A stretch of 64,000 nucleotides of DNA from Bdellovibrionales bacterium (GCA_965205945.1 CBDBIB010000002.1:67614-131613), one strand, 5' to 3'; positions 1 through 10,116 are shown, counted from the stretch's first letter. The notes: generated from the letters alone by a model not told the origin. Translations and numbers: made by a program.

Positions 1-135
1 CTTAGTACTACTGTTTATAAATGAGATTCCTTTAATCTTGTTTATTTTTATAAATTAATTTTTTATCAAAAAAAGTGATCAGTTTTACTCAAAGTTATTT
101 AGAATTTTTTTAAATCTATTTGATTGTTTTAAAGC

Positions 136-2094
136 TTATTTGTTTTCTTTTATGTCATTTATTAACACAATCCTCTTATCTTTAACAGTTAGAGGGAGAA
201 GGGGGCTTGCAAAATTGTGACCTTCTCGGATTAAACCTTGAGGTAAGCATTTATGAGTGATGATGGAGGTTTTGTTTAATGCTGAAAGGAGAGTTTTTCT
301 AGACGTGATTTTAAAATAATTATGTATACTATTTAAAATAACACCTATTTCAATGCCTTTAAAAACATAAGAATTAATAGGCTCTTGAAATTTTGATAAA
401 AATTCTTGTTCACACTTAGAAATAAGAATGTGAGGTTTAAAATAAGAACTTGCAAAGATGGAATTTTCTACAAAACGCTGCCCACGTTCTAATAAATCAG
501 GATCATTCCATAGGTGAGTGCCAAGTAAAGTAAGGTTTTCTACATCAAAGTAAGCAAGTGTAGAAGCAATAAGACCTCCATTTTTAGCTCCATCAGAGAT
601 AAAAAGGGCATCAAAATCTATTTGAGGCTTTAAAAGCTCTTCTATTTTGGGTGAAGTGTTTCCTCTAGAGTGGAAAGATTTTTGCCAATTCTTTAAAGCA
701 ACATTGTATTCTTCTTCTCGTCCTTTAATTGTAAGAAGTCCAACTAAGTTTTTAACAGTATTTGGAAGGGCTTTTTTTTCAGAAAGGTCATACTCAAGGG
801 TTTGTATAATCTGACCACCTTTTTTAGTAAAACTTTTAAAAAAGGCTTTAGCATATTTTGTAGAAAAAGATTTTTTTGAATGAAGAATAGACATACGTTT
901 AATATTTAATTTTTCAATGGCAATGCTGGAGATTAAATCAGTATATTTTTCTAAAGATTGCAAACTTTGAAAGCCATATTTAGAAGAATTAATAAGGCCC
1001 TCTTTTTGGCTTAAGGTTAGCGTTGGAATTTTGTATTCTTTTGATTTTTGTAAAAGAATTTTAGTGGTTTTTCCAATGAGCCCACCAATAATAGCAATGG
1101 GCTTATCATTTTTAATCAGTTCATCAAAAGCTGAGGGAACTTGATTAGGGTCACCTTGAGAATCTAGAACTGCAAGTTTAAACTTAGTTTTATTTGTTGA
1201 ATCCCAAATATTTAATGAGTATTGAAGACCTTTTAAAATTTGTTCACCAACAATCCGATATTTCCCGCTTAATGGAATGATTACGCCAATAACATCTTTA
1301 TTTGTCGATTCATAAAGGCGACCTCGTGTTATAAGTTCAGCCCTTTGATTTTTATAAAAAGGTTGGTTTAAAAGATGAGAATATGCCTTAAGATTTGAAA
1401 GGGCTAATTCAGGAGAGTTATTTTCAAAATAATAAGTTGTAAGATTTAATGCGGCTTGAGGATGAAAGATACTAAGAGAAGGCTGATTAAGAATTTTTTT
1501 AGTTTTTTCGCCTGTTAATTTTATTTTTAAAACATCTTGAGCCTGCTTAAATGTACTTTGAGCAAGTGTTTGATCTTTGGTTGTTAAAATAATATCTTTG
1601 GCATTATATAAATAATCAAAGTATCTTTCATTTTGAATAAGAAGAGGGGATTTAAGGAGCTGGATTTTTTTTAAGGAGCTTTGATCAATAAGCTTATGGT
1701 GTTTAACATAGTTTAATGTTTTAAGGGCTTCTTTGCTATTTCCAAATTGTAACAAAAGATTTACTTTTCTTATAAGTGTACGTCCATCAAGAGGAGATGA
1801 ATATTTTGAATCTAAAATTTTAGAATAGGCTTTAAGTGCACCTTTTAAATCCCCTGCTTTTTCTAGAAGGAAACCTAAAAGAAACAGGGCGTCATCAGAT
1901 AAATTATTTTTAGGATGGGTTGATAAGAGTTGATTTAGATTAGAAACTGCAAGGTTAGGATTGTTTGCAGAAATTTTTTGAATTCTTATTAGGGTATTTT
2001 GGTAATTTTTTGAAGCTTGTAAAGCTTCTTGCTTAAGCTCTAGGGTCTTACAGCTGGAAAGAAAGGTTAAAATTAAAACTGTGTATTTAAGCAT
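136..2094 (-). CDS. TPR-repeat / type-I periplasmic-binding-fold lipoprotein (LpoA/LivK-like)
   Basis: ORF 136..2100. Lipoprotein-type signal (LILTFLSSC). The N-terminal ~250 aa are TPR-like; the C-terminal half resembles Leu/Ile/Val-binding-protein folds. ATG at 2094 is preferred over GTG at 2100. Confidence 0.7.
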   Translation of the reverse strand: MLKYTVLILTFLSSCKTLELKQEALQASKNYQNTLIRIQKISANNPNLAVSNLNQLLSTHPKNNLSDDALFLLGFLLEKAGDLKGALKAYSKILDSKYSSPLDGRTLIRKVNLLLQFGNSKEALKTLNYVKHHKLIDQSSLKKIQLLKSPLLIQNERYFDYLYNAKDIILTTKDQTLAQSTFKQAQDVLKIKLTGEKTKKILNQPSLSIFHPQAALNLTTYYFENNSPELALSNLKAYSHLLNQPFYKNQRAELITRGRLYESTNKDVIGVIIPLSGKYRIVGEQILKGLQYSLNIWDSTNKTKFKLAVLDSQGDPNQVPSAFDELIKNDKPIAIIGGLIGKTTKILLQKSKEYKIPTLTLSQKEGLINSSKYGFQSLQSLEKYTDLISSIAIEKLNIKRMSILHSKKSFSTKYAKAFFKSFTKKGGQIIQTLEYDLSEKKALPNTVKNLVGLLTIKGREEEYNVALKNWQKSFHSRGNTSPKIEELLKPQIDFDALFISDGAKNGGLIASTLAYFDVENLTLLGTHLWNDPDLLERGQRFVENSIFASSYFKPHILISKCEQEFLSKFQEPINSYVFKGIEIGVILNSIHNYFKITSRKTLLSALNKTSIITHKCLPQGLIREGHNFASPLLPLTVKDKRIVLINDIKENK

Positions 2095-2100
2095 AGGCAC

Positions 2101-2973
2101 CTATTTTTTTCTACTTATTAAAGTTTCTTGAATTTTTTTAGAATATTCTTGCACAAGGGGGGTGGTTCTTTTACTAAGTAACTGTAAAGCTCTTAGTTCC
2201 TCAGGGGTAAGGTTTTCTGGAAAATCTACAATAATTTTAATAAGCATATCACCACGGCTGGTACCGCCAACTTTAGAAAAACCTTTTTGGCGAAGACGAA
2301 ATATTTTTCCAGTGTGTGTGTTTTCAGGTATGTTTAAAACAGCTTTTCCAAAGAGCGTTGGAACATTAACCTTTCCTCCAAGTACTGCAGTGCCTAGATT
2401 TAATGGAAGGTCCATATAGAGATTGCGACCTTTTCTTTCAAAAAGAGGATGTGGTAAAACATCAATATACACAAAGAGATCCCCCCTTTTTTTAGAGGAC
2501 AATACAGGGCCTTCCCCTTTAAGCTTTAGTTTTTGCCCTTCTTTAACCCCACGAGGCACTACGACTTCTAAACGTACCTCTTCTTTTTTACCAAGGGGTG
2601 AACTTTTGTAGAAATGAATTACTTTAGAGCAGCCTTGTCCACATTCTTCAAGAGATAGAAGAAGAGAGTATTTATAGTGAGGGGTTTTAGATTGATTAAA
2701 ACTAGGATCCGTTGCTGCGTTATTAGGGCTCCAGCCAGGGCAGGTGTTTTCATCAAAGGTGTCTTCATCCTTATTTAACTCAGCAGATAGGGCGTATTCA
2801 GATAACTTTTTATAGGCATCATTGATTTTATTAAAAACTTCTTCAGGATTGTTAATACTAGGATTCTTATCTGGGTGGTATTTTAACGCAAGTTGTCGGT
2901 AGGCCTTTTTAATGTCAGCAAGAGAGGCCCCCGATTTTAAGCCTAAAGTAGTATAGTAGGCGTTTAAATTCAA
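2101..2973 (-). CDS. J-domain co-chaperone, CbpA-like (no zinc-finger domain)
   Basis: N-terminal J domain (YYTTLGL...KKAYRQLALKYHPDKNP) and DnaJ C-terminal substrate-binding domains. No CxxCxGxG repeats. Confidence 0.85.
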   Translation of the reverse strand: MNLNAYYTTLGLKSGASLADIKKAYRQLALKYHPDKNPSINNPEEVFNKINDAYKKLSEYALSAELNKDEDTFDENTCPGWSPNNAATDPSFNQSKTPHYKYSLLLSLEECGQGCSKVIHFYKSSPLGKKEEVRLEVVVPRGVKEGQKLKLKGEGPVLSSKKRGDLFVYIDVLPHPLFERKGRNLYMDLPLNLGTAVLGGKVNVPTLFGKAVLNIPENTHTGKIFRLRQKGFSKVGGTSRGDMLIKIIVDFPENLTPEELRALQLLSKRTTPLVQEYSKKIQETLISRKK

Positions 2974-2975
2974 AG

Positions 2976-3533
2976 TTAGCTTTTGCTTGATACAGGTTTA
3001 GTTGCAATGATTACTTGTGCGTGGCGTAAAACTTTTTCATGGTAAAAATAGCCCTTTCTCATAACATTATAAACAAGGCCTTCTTTTATATCTGCTGAGG
3101 GAAATTGGCTTAGTGCTTCAGCCTGAGAAGGGTTAAAGGGTTTATTTTTGCAATCTATTTCACTTATTCCATGTTTGGAAAATACACCTTTAAGCTCTTT
3201 TTCAGTGAGCTTTACTCCATCAAGAAAAGATTGAAAGTTTTTAGGGGAGACTTTCATTTCTAAAGCTTTTTGAAAAACATCTAACACAGTTAAAAGGTCT
3301 CTTGCAATAGCTTCTCCTCCAAATTTAATAAGTTCTGAGTGCTCTTTAATTGAGTGCTTTCTAAAGTTGTCAAATTCGGCTCTAAGGTAAAGGTATTCTT
3401 TTTTTGAGTTTTTAAGTTCAGTCTTTAAGGACTCAAGCTCTAGGGCTTTGGGCTCTTCTTCTGAATTTACATTAGGCGGTTCTGGGATTTCATTTTCAGT
3501 GTCTATTTCAGAATTATTTGTATTGTTATTCAT
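2976..3533 (-). CDS. grpE: nucleotide exchange factor GrpE
   Basis: 185 aa with an acidic N-terminus, a coiled-coil (YLYLRAEFDNFRKH) and a C-terminal beta domain typical of GrpE. Confidence 0.9.
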   Translation of the reverse strand: MNNNTNNSEIDTENEIPEPPNVNSEEEPKALELESLKTELKNSKKEYLYLRAEFDNFRKHSIKEHSELIKFGGEAIARDLLTVLDVFQKALEMKVSPKNFQSFLDGVKLTEKELKGVFSKHGISEIDCKNKPFNPSQAEALSQFPSADIKEGLVYNVMRKGYFYHEKVLRHAQVIIATKPVSSKS

Positions 3534-3545
3534 ATAAATCTCCTT

Positions 3546-4730
3546 TTAAAAGCAAAGCTTTTTAAATACTTCATTAGGAATTTTAAATCCAGTAGATGTT
3601 AACGCCCATTGGCCATTATTATAAGATATTAGTCCATTTTGTTCCAATTTGGACAGGTTGTGCTCAAGTTTAGGGGGAATATTTTGGTATCCATATTTTA
3701 AGAGTAAACTTTTACGACTCATACCTTTAAGTTGCCTTAAAGAAGTATGACAAAAATCTGTAAGAGATTCATGGAGCTTTAAAATTTCTTTTTTTTGATG
3801 TGGCCTTAAAGGATTGCTTACACAAGTCTTATATTTTGAATAAACGCCACTGTTCCAAGATCGAGTTCCCCACTTAGAAGATTTTAAATAAGAATGGGCC
3901 CCCATCCCTAGACCTAAGTATTCGCAATCTTGCCAATAACCTTTATTGTGTTTAGACTCATACCCACTTTGAGCATAATTTGAAATCTCATATTTAAAAA
4001 TCTTATTTTCAGAGAGTCTATTTGTGATTAAGTCCATCATTTTAATTTGAATCTGGTCATTAGGGCGGTTTTTATTAAAGAAATGTTGGGTGGGAAGAGT
4101 TAAGTTGTACGGACTTACATGTTTTAAAGAAAAAGGTAAGAGCTTATTTAAGTCCTCATTTAAGTGTTTAAGTGTTTGATTAGGAAGGCCAAATAAAATA
4201 TCTATAGAAAAATTAATATTTAGGTGGCTCATGTTTTCTAAGTCTTTTAATGTTTGCTCAGGGCTGTGTTCTCTATGACATGCCTTTAAGAATAGGGGAT
4301 TAAGGGTTTGAACTCCTAGACTAAAGCGATTTACTCCAAGATCTAAGAGTTCTTTAAAATCATTTAAAGACAAGGTGCCAGGATTAATTTCTAAAGTGAT
4401 TTCAGGGTTTTTAACAAATGAGTACGTTTTTTGGACATCATTAAGAATACATTTTATTTGTTTAATAGAGAGAAGGGATGGGGTGCCACCTCCAAAGTAG
4501 AGAGTTTTAATTTTTTTGGGTCTATCAATGCTTTTAAGTTTAAGTTCTTTAGATAGCAGTTTAATGTAATCGGTAAGAGGTGGTAATTCATTTATTTGAA
4601 ATTTCACAAAATCACAGTAATGACACTTTTGTATGCAGTAAGGAATATGAATATAAAGACCAAAAGTTAAAGACGATCCCCTTTCTGGAGGAGAATTTGA
4701 TGAAAAATTTGAAAGTTGAGAGTCTATCAA
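3546..4730 (-). CDS. hemW: radical SAM heme chaperone HemW / oxygen-independent coproporphyrinogen-III oxidase-like
   Basis: YIHIPYCIQKCHYCDF (CxxxCxxC), GGGTPS, and a HemN-C-like tail. The only start in frame is TTG at 4730, which overlaps the divergent M16 gene start. Confidence 0.85.
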   Translation of the reverse strand: MIDSQLSNFSSNSPPERGSSLTFGLYIHIPYCIQKCHYCDFVKFQINELPPLTDYIKLLSKELKLKSIDRPKKIKTLYFGGGTPSLLSIKQIKCILNDVQKTYSFVKNPEITLEINPGTLSLNDFKELLDLGVNRFSLGVQTLNPLFLKACHREHSPEQTLKDLENMSHLNINFSIDILFGLPNQTLKHLNEDLNKLLPFSLKHVSPYNLTLPTQHFFNKNRPNDQIQIKMMDLITNRLSENKIFKYEISNYAQSGYESKHNKGYWQDCEYLGLGMGAHSYLKSSKWGTRSWNSGVYSKYKTCVSNPLRPHQKKEILKLHESLTDFCHTSLRQLKGMSRKSLLLKYGYQNIPPKLEHNLSKLEQNGLISYNNGQWALTSTGFKIPNEVFKKLCF

Positions 4731-7276
4731 ACAATATACCTTTATTTACGTTAAAATCTAAAAAAGCGCCTGTAGTTACATTGCAAGTTTGGGTGAAAAC
4801 AGGCAGTGCACACGAGTTTAAAACAGAAGCTGGTCTAAGTCATTTCATTGAACATCTTGTTTTTAAAGGAACCGATTCTTTTGCACCTGGTGAAATTGCT
4901 CAGTTAATAGAGTCTGTTGGTGGCGAATTAAATGCCTATACATCTTTTGAACAGACTGTTTTTTATACAACAGTACCTTATAAAAGTTTACATGTTGCAG
5001 CACATGCTTTATCTGAAATGGTGAATTCTCCTCGTTTTGATCCTAAGGAGGTAGATAACGAAAGAGAAGTTGTTATTGAAGAGATTAAGATGGGCCTTGA
5101 TCAACCAAGTAGAGTGGCTAGTAAAATGTTGTTTTCTCAAATGTATGCAGGACATTCATATGCCCTTCCTGTAATAGGAACAAAAGAAAATATACGTAGA
5201 GTGGGTCTTAATGAAATTAAAAATTATTTTAATGAACGCTATGTAGGAAAAAATATGGCTCTTATTTGCGTAGGAGATTTTAAGGATGAAGTTAAAGAGC
5301 TTTTAGAAAAGTATTTTTCAAAGCTTAAGTATGAAGGACCTTTAGGGCAGGATCGAAAAATAACGCCTAGAAGGTTAGAGAAAGAAAATGCTGTTAAGTT
5401 TGTAAAGTCGAAATTTGAAAAGGATCATTTTTATCTTTCCTGGCCTGTAGAGGGTTTTTTAAATGATATTGTAGATAACTATGAGCTTTTAGCTTTGATA
5501 CTTGGACAGGGAGAAAGCTCTTATTTGTATAAAGAATTAAAATTAAAGAAAGGAATATGTAGAAGTATTGGGGCTTCTTACTTTGGTGATCCTAAAGAAG
5601 GTGTTTTTGTTATAAGCGGGGTAACAACGTTAGGCGAAAGAGCGGCTTTGTTTAAGGAGTTGCCCGTTGTACTTAATACATTTTTAAATCAAACAGATAT
5701 ACGTTTTGATTTAGAAAAAGCTAGAAACATTTTTGAAAGTGAAGCCTCTTATGCAGAAGAATCGATATCTTTTTTGTGCAAAAATATTGGGAATGATTGG
5801 TTGTACTATGATGATCCATTTGTTAGAGAGAAGAGAAGAGAAAAAACGTTAAAATTAACAGAAAAAGATTTGATTAAAGCTGTGGAAAAAATCTTTTCTA
5901 AGAATGTATATTTAAGTGTGTTGTCTCAAAATGAACCTAATAAAGGCATTGATGAAATGATGACGGCTCTTACAAATTTAAAAAACGTAAAGGCTCAATT
6001 TCAAGAAAGTACAGGGCATAAAAAAAATAAGACTTCTTTGGTGGCTAAGGGGCTTGAGCAAAAAAATTATTTATGGAAAACCTCTAAGGGGAGTGATGTT
6101 TTATTTGTATCACAGTCATTAGGTTCTGTGGTGTCATTTAAGGTTGCCTTTGAAGGTGGGGAACTGTTGTCATCTGACAAAACTCAAGGGTTAGTGGCTC
6201 TTTTTGGGAGCGTTTGGGCTAGAGAGTTTAAGGGTGTTATAGAGCAAGAATTTATTCAAGAGATTGATTTTTATTGTTCAGATTTTAGTGTTTTTTTTGG
6301 TAAGCATTCTGTGGGTTTAAGTTTATCTACACAGGACAAACATTTTGAAAAATTATCTAAATACTTTGTAAAAGCTGTTAAGCATCCAGTTTTTTCTAAA
6401 GCCGTTATTGATAGAGAAAAGGAGAGCCTTCTTCAAAATTTAAAAACTAGATTGGATAGGCCCTCAGCTATGGCATTTAAGGAATTTTCAAAGCTTTTAT
6501 TTAAAGGTTCTATTTATGCTAGGGACGGTATTGGTGTAGAAGAACATATAAAAAAACTTACGCAAAAAGATTTGGAAATGTTTTTTGAAAAATCAAAAAA
6601 GAAAAAACGTATCTATAGTGTTGTTGGAAACTTGACGAAAAAACAAGTTGAAAAGACTGTGGAGTCTATTGAAGAACATCTTCCTGAATCAAAAGAAACT
6701 TTTTTCCATGAAAAGATTTTTTTTGACTGGAGTAAGGGGCAGAGAGTTGAAATAGAATCTGAAAAAAAACAATCTCATATTATTATGGGTTATCCAGGAG
6801 TAAGGTATTCTGATGAAAAAAAAATTCACTTAGAACTTTTAACTTCTTTACTTGGAGGTCAAGGTGGAAGATTTTTTATTGAATTAAGAGATAAGGCGTC
6901 ATTGGCTTATTCTGTGGTTCCCTTAGAATATTCAGGGGCATTTGGTGGATATTTTGGGGGGTATATTGCCTGTGATCCTTTTAAAAAAGAACTGGCAATA
7001 AAAATGATGAGAGAGGAGTTGCAAAAGCTATCTAAACAGACTGTATCTAAAGAAGACTTAAGGTGGATGAAAAATCAAGTTTTAGGTAGTTTTTTAATAT
7101 CCTCACAGAAGAACTCTTTTATTTGTGATATTATGTTGTTTGATTTTTTTTATGGTCTAAATGCATTTGCTTATCAAAGATTAGAAGAAGTATTAGAAAA
7201 AATAACTCCAGAGGAGTTAAGAGTTACAGCATCAGAGATTTTAAAAGGACCTGAGTATGTGGTTTCAGTTGGTTAG
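4700..7276 (+). CDS. double-length M16 (pitrilysin/insulinase) family zinc peptidase
   Basis: HFIEHLVFKG (HxxEH) with a downstream EREVVIEEI motif. The second half is a further M16-like pair without HxxEH. ATG at 4700 is preceded by GGAGGA; the track start at 4580 was rejected. Confidence 0.85.
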   Translation: MKNLKVESLSNNIPLFTLKSKKAPVVTLQVWVKTGSAHEFKTEAGLSHFIEHLVFKGTDSFAPGEIAQLIESVGGELNAYTSFEQTVFYTTVPYKSLHVAAHALSEMVNSPRFDPKEVDNEREVVIEEIKMGLDQPSRVASKMLFSQMYAGHSYALPVIGTKENIRRVGLNEIKNYFNERYVGKNMALICVGDFKDEVKELLEKYFSKLKYEGPLGQDRKITPRRLEKENAVKFVKSKFEKDHFYLSWPVEGFLNDIVDNYELLALILGQGESSYLYKELKLKKGICRSIGASYFGDPKEGVFVISGVTTLGERAALFKELPVVLNTFLNQTDIRFDLEKARNIFESEASYAEESISFLCKNIGNDWLYYDDPFVREKRREKTLKLTEKDLIKAVEKIFSKNVYLSVLSQNEPNKGIDEMMTALTNLKNVKAQFQESTGHKKNKTSLVAKGLEQKNYLWKTSKGSDVLFVSQSLGSVVSFKVAFEGGELLSSDKTQGLVALFGSVWAREFKGVIEQEFIQEIDFYCSDFSVFFGKHSVGLSLSTQDKHFEKLSKYFVKAVKHPVFSKAVIDREKESLLQNLKTRLDRPSAMAFKEFSKLLFKGSIYARDGIGVEEHIKKLTQKDLEMFFEKSKKKKRIYSVVGNLTKKQVEKTVESIEEHLPESKETFFHEKIFFDWSKGQRVEIESEKKQSHIIMGYPGVRYSDEKKIHLELLTSLLGGQGGRFFIELRDKASLAYSVVPLEYSGAFGGYFGGYIACDPFKKELAIKMMREELQKLSKQTVSKEDLRWMKNQVLGSFLISSQKNSFICDIMLFDFFYGLNAFAYQRLEEVLEKITPEELRVTASEILKGPEYVVSVG

Positions 7277-7743
7277 TAGCTGTTAAATTTGGCTTTTCTA
7301 TTACATTATAATATTAATGGTTAAAATTTAAAAAGAAAGAACAAAGAAAATCTTCGTATTTAAATTTTTATAAAAAGTATTTATTATAGATTATAATTAC
7401 TCTTAAATTGGATTAATAAGACTAAAGTCTTAAAAATGATTGGGTGAAATAAGGGAGCATTCTTTATTAAATTCTTCTTTTTATGGGGAAGTTATGGATT
7501 TAGTTTTAAATAGGGTTTTTTTACGTTTAAAGAGGCTGTATTGACATGCTCACTACCAGGGCTCAAGCTTTTAGTAAGGCTTAAATAGATTCTTTTTAAA
7601 TTATAATCATGAATAAAGCCTAAAGGAGTATTAAAGACTTAGAGAGCATATTTTTTAAACTAATTTCGTATAAAGTTCGATGAACCTGTAATGGAGGTGA
7701 TTTTATTTGTAATCAAAGTGACTCAATTTTATTAAGAGCTTCA

Positions 7744-8295
7744 ATGACGGACTTATTTAGGCCATTGATTAAAGAAGCTGCTAGAAAATCAAAATTTAAA
7801 CTTAAAGATAGTTCTTATGCTTATATACTTTCAATTTTAGAGCGCTGCTTGTTTAGTGAGGGGCTTTTTACAGGAGGTAAATCGGATCCTATGATTTTAG
7901 AGATTTTGTTTAAAGCACTTCAAGAAGAGGGGGTTCAAAAAAAACAAAGGCAACTAAAGTCTTTAGGAGAGGCGATTTTGTTTAAAAGTGGCTTTTTTGC
8001 TGAATCTTTTAAAAGAAAAATGGTTGGTATTGAGTACTATATTAATATGGGAAGCCTAGTGTATAAAAACTTATATGAATTTTCAAAGAATCAAGTTCAC
8101 GAGGATCTTTCAGATAGATTTTCTGGCTATGTGGATTTATTTTCTCAAGTAAGCTCTAAGGTGAATTTTAGTGATCAGGAAGATCTTTTGGTATTATTTG
8201 ATCGTTATTTAAGCGCTGATTCTGAGAGTGCTATGACTAAGCTTATAGAATTAGGGGCTGTTCCTGCGCAGTATAAAAAATCTTCAAACCAATAA
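7744..8295 (+). CDS. hypothetical protein
   Basis: 183-aa ORF immediately upstream of tatA/tatC. No recognisable motif. Confidence 0.5.
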   Translation: MTDLFRPLIKEAARKSKFKLKDSSYAYILSILERCLFSEGLFTGGKSDPMILEILFKALQEEGVQKKQRQLKSLGEAILFKSGFFAESFKRKMVGIEYYINMGSLVYKNLYEFSKNQVHEDLSDRFSGYVDLFSQVSSKVNFSDQEDLLVLFDRYLSADSESAMTKLIELGAVPAQYKKSSNQ

Positions 8296-8333
8296 AATTT
8301 TACAAATTTAAATAACTAAGTTAGTTTTAACCT

Positions 8334-8543
8334 GTGTTTAACTTAGGTTTTTGGGAAATGGTTGTTTTAGCGGTTATTGCGCTTTTGGTAGTGGGTCCTG
8401 AAAGGTTGCCTTCTTTGGCTAGAAATATTGGTCAATTTTTAAATCATTTAAAAAGAACGGTAAATACAATTACAGCAGATATTAATGAAACAATAGATGA
8501 GGATGAATTTTTAAAAGAATGTAGAAAAAAACCAGAGCATTAA
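8334..8543 (+). CDS. tatA: twin-arginine translocase subunit, TatA/TatB family
   Basis: N-terminal TM helix followed by GPERLPSLARNIG and an amphipathic helix. GTG start. Confidence 0.8.
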   Translation: MFNLGFWEMVVLAVIALLVVGPERLPSLARNIGQFLNHLKRTVNTITADINETIDEDEFLKECRKKPEH

Positions 8544-8619
8544 CTTAAGAGCAATCTTGATAAAGGTTTAAAAGCTTTACATGACCTTAAAAAAGAAAAT
8601 GAGTTAAAAAGTTTTAAAG

Positions 8620-9360
8620 ATGAAGGGTAGTATTTTAGAAGAACTTAAGCAAGAAACTTTGATTGATCATTTAAGGGAACTTAAAAAACGTTTAGTTTAT
8701 AGCATGTTTGGTATAGTTGTTGGGGCTGGTGTTTGTTGGCTTTATAAAGAGCTTTTGTTTGATATAATTAGAATGCCCATTGAGCCATTTTTATCTACAG
8801 AAGAAAGAGGGCTTATTTATACAGGCCTTATGGAAAATTTTATAGCATATGTAAAGATTTCTCTTCTAGGTGGTGTAGTAGTTTCTTGTCCTTTTTGGAT
8901 GTATCATTTATGGTGTTTTTTATCTCCAGCTTTGTATAAGAAAGAGAAAAAATATGGAGTTGGATTTATTCTTAGTGGAACTTTGTTGTTTTTATCAGGT
9001 ATTTTGTTTGTTTATTTTCTTGTTTATCCTCTAGCTTTTGATTTTTTATTAAGTTTTGGTCAAGGGCAAGATATGGCCTTAATTACTGTTAATGAGTATT
9101 TGTCATTTTTTTTAAAAACAACTTTCTTATTTGGAATGGCTTTTGAAATTCCACTGGCTCTTACAATTTTGGGGATTTTAGGAATAGTGAGTGCAGAGTT
9201 TTTATCAGAAAATAAAAGATATGCCATACTTTTTTTGTCTTTTATATCAGCACTTATGACACCTCCAGATCCATTAAGCATGATTATGATGGTTGGTCCT
9301 ATGTGGGTCTTGTATGAGCTTTCAATTATTGCCATTAGATTTTTTGTTCCAAAGGGGTGA
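8620..9360 (+). CDS. tatC: twin-arginine translocase subunit TatC
   Basis: 246 aa, six predicted TM segments, HLRELKKRL N-terminal motif, adjacent to tatA. Confidence 0.9.
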   Translation: MKGSILEELKQETLIDHLRELKKRLVYSMFGIVVGAGVCWLYKELLFDIIRMPIEPFLSTEERGLIYTGLMENFIAYVKISLLGGVVVSCPFWMYHLWCFLSPALYKKEKKYGVGFILSGTLLFLSGILFVYFLVYPLAFDFLLSFGQGQDMALITVNEYLSFFLKTTFLFGMAFEIPLALTILGILGIVSAEFLSENKRYAILFLSFISALMTPPDPLSMIMMVGPMWVLYELSIIAIRFFVPKG

Positions 9361-9425
9361 AATTTATTAAAACTAGTTTTTAAACTAATTTACCAGCATA
9401 TGCACATAGCTACACTTAGCGTTTT

Positions 9426-9722
9426 CTAGCCGTTATTTCCTTGTAGGGAGTGGGAGCTACACAGTATTAAGTTTTCTATAACTCTTTGGAATAAAAGACC
9501 TCTCGCCTTAGATGTTCTCCTGTTAAACCTAAAAATAAACTCCTTAAAATAACTATCCATATGTTTTAAATCCAGTCTTCCATGGAGCGTACCCATCAAC
9601 TATCTTTTTAAAAGTGCTGTTACAGTATTTATTCTCGGCAACAATTTATCAGGATCTACACTCGCTGATTTTCTTGGCAAATGGTTGTATCCTAAACTTC
9701 CAACATCATTATAACTTTTTTA
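9426..9722 (-). pseudogene. IS1595-family transposase C-terminal remnant
   Basis: Hand translation of the minus strand gives ..YNDVGSLGYNHLPRKSASVDPDKLLPRINTVTALLKR*LMGTLHGRLDLKHMDSYFKEFIFRFNRRTSKARGLLFQRVIEN... It carries the LLKRW/FRFNRR signature of ISXO2-like DDE transposases, an in-frame TAG where W is expected, and no N-terminal part. Confidence 0.6.
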
Positions 9723-9891
9723 GTTTTAATTGAACAAGGTTTTAATCCTTTAGTTTTTTTAGCTCATGAAATGTTTGTTTAGATAAACATGTGTGCTATG
9801 AAAGACTTAAGAAATATTGATATTGTCTTTAAAGGGTTTTGTGAGTTTAACTCTATAAAAGCTCAATAAACTTACAGAATTTTTTTTAGTG

Positions 9892-9922
9892 TTGACCAAG
9901 GGGGGGAGATGGGTTTTATCCT
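9892..9922 (+). promoter_or_regulatory. possible promoter of the tRNA-tuf operon
   Basis: TTGACC at 9892-9897. The best -10-like hexamer (TATCCT) is only at a 19-nt spacing, so the match is weak. Confidence 0.25.
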
Positions 9923-9935
9923 TCTTTCTTGTTTA

Positions 9936-10011
9936 GCTGGATTAGCTCAATTGGTAGAGCAGCTGATTTGTAATCAGCAGGTTGCGGGTTCGAGTCCCAT
10001 ATCCAGCTCCA
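9936..10011 (+). tRNA. tRNA-Thr (anticodon UGU)
   Basis: Hand-folded cloverleaf: acceptor GCTGGAT/ATCCAGC, anticodon stem GCTGA/TCAGC, loop TTTGTAA, encoded CCA. One mismatch in the T stem. Confidence 0.85.
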
Positions 10012-10014
10012 AGT

Positions 10015-10100
10015 GGAGAGATGTCCGAGTGGTTAAAGGAGACGGGCTGTAAACCCGTTCGTGTATGCGTACGCAGGTTCAAATCCTGCTCTCTCCACCA
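10015..10100 (+). tRNA. tRNA-Tyr (anticodon GUA)
   Basis: Acceptor GGAGAGA/TCTCTCC, anticodon loop CTGTAAA, long variable arm, encoded CCA. Confidence 0.9.
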
Positions 10101-10116
10101 TTATTTTTTACTCCGA

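Noticed and set aside
4580-4699. The upstream ATG (4580) for the M16 peptidase, and long upstream starts for clpB (39410), folD (31510) and mtaB (53098).
   Set aside because: The extensions are not conserved-looking, overlap neighbouring genes or lack an SD. Internal starts with good SDs give canonical N-termini.
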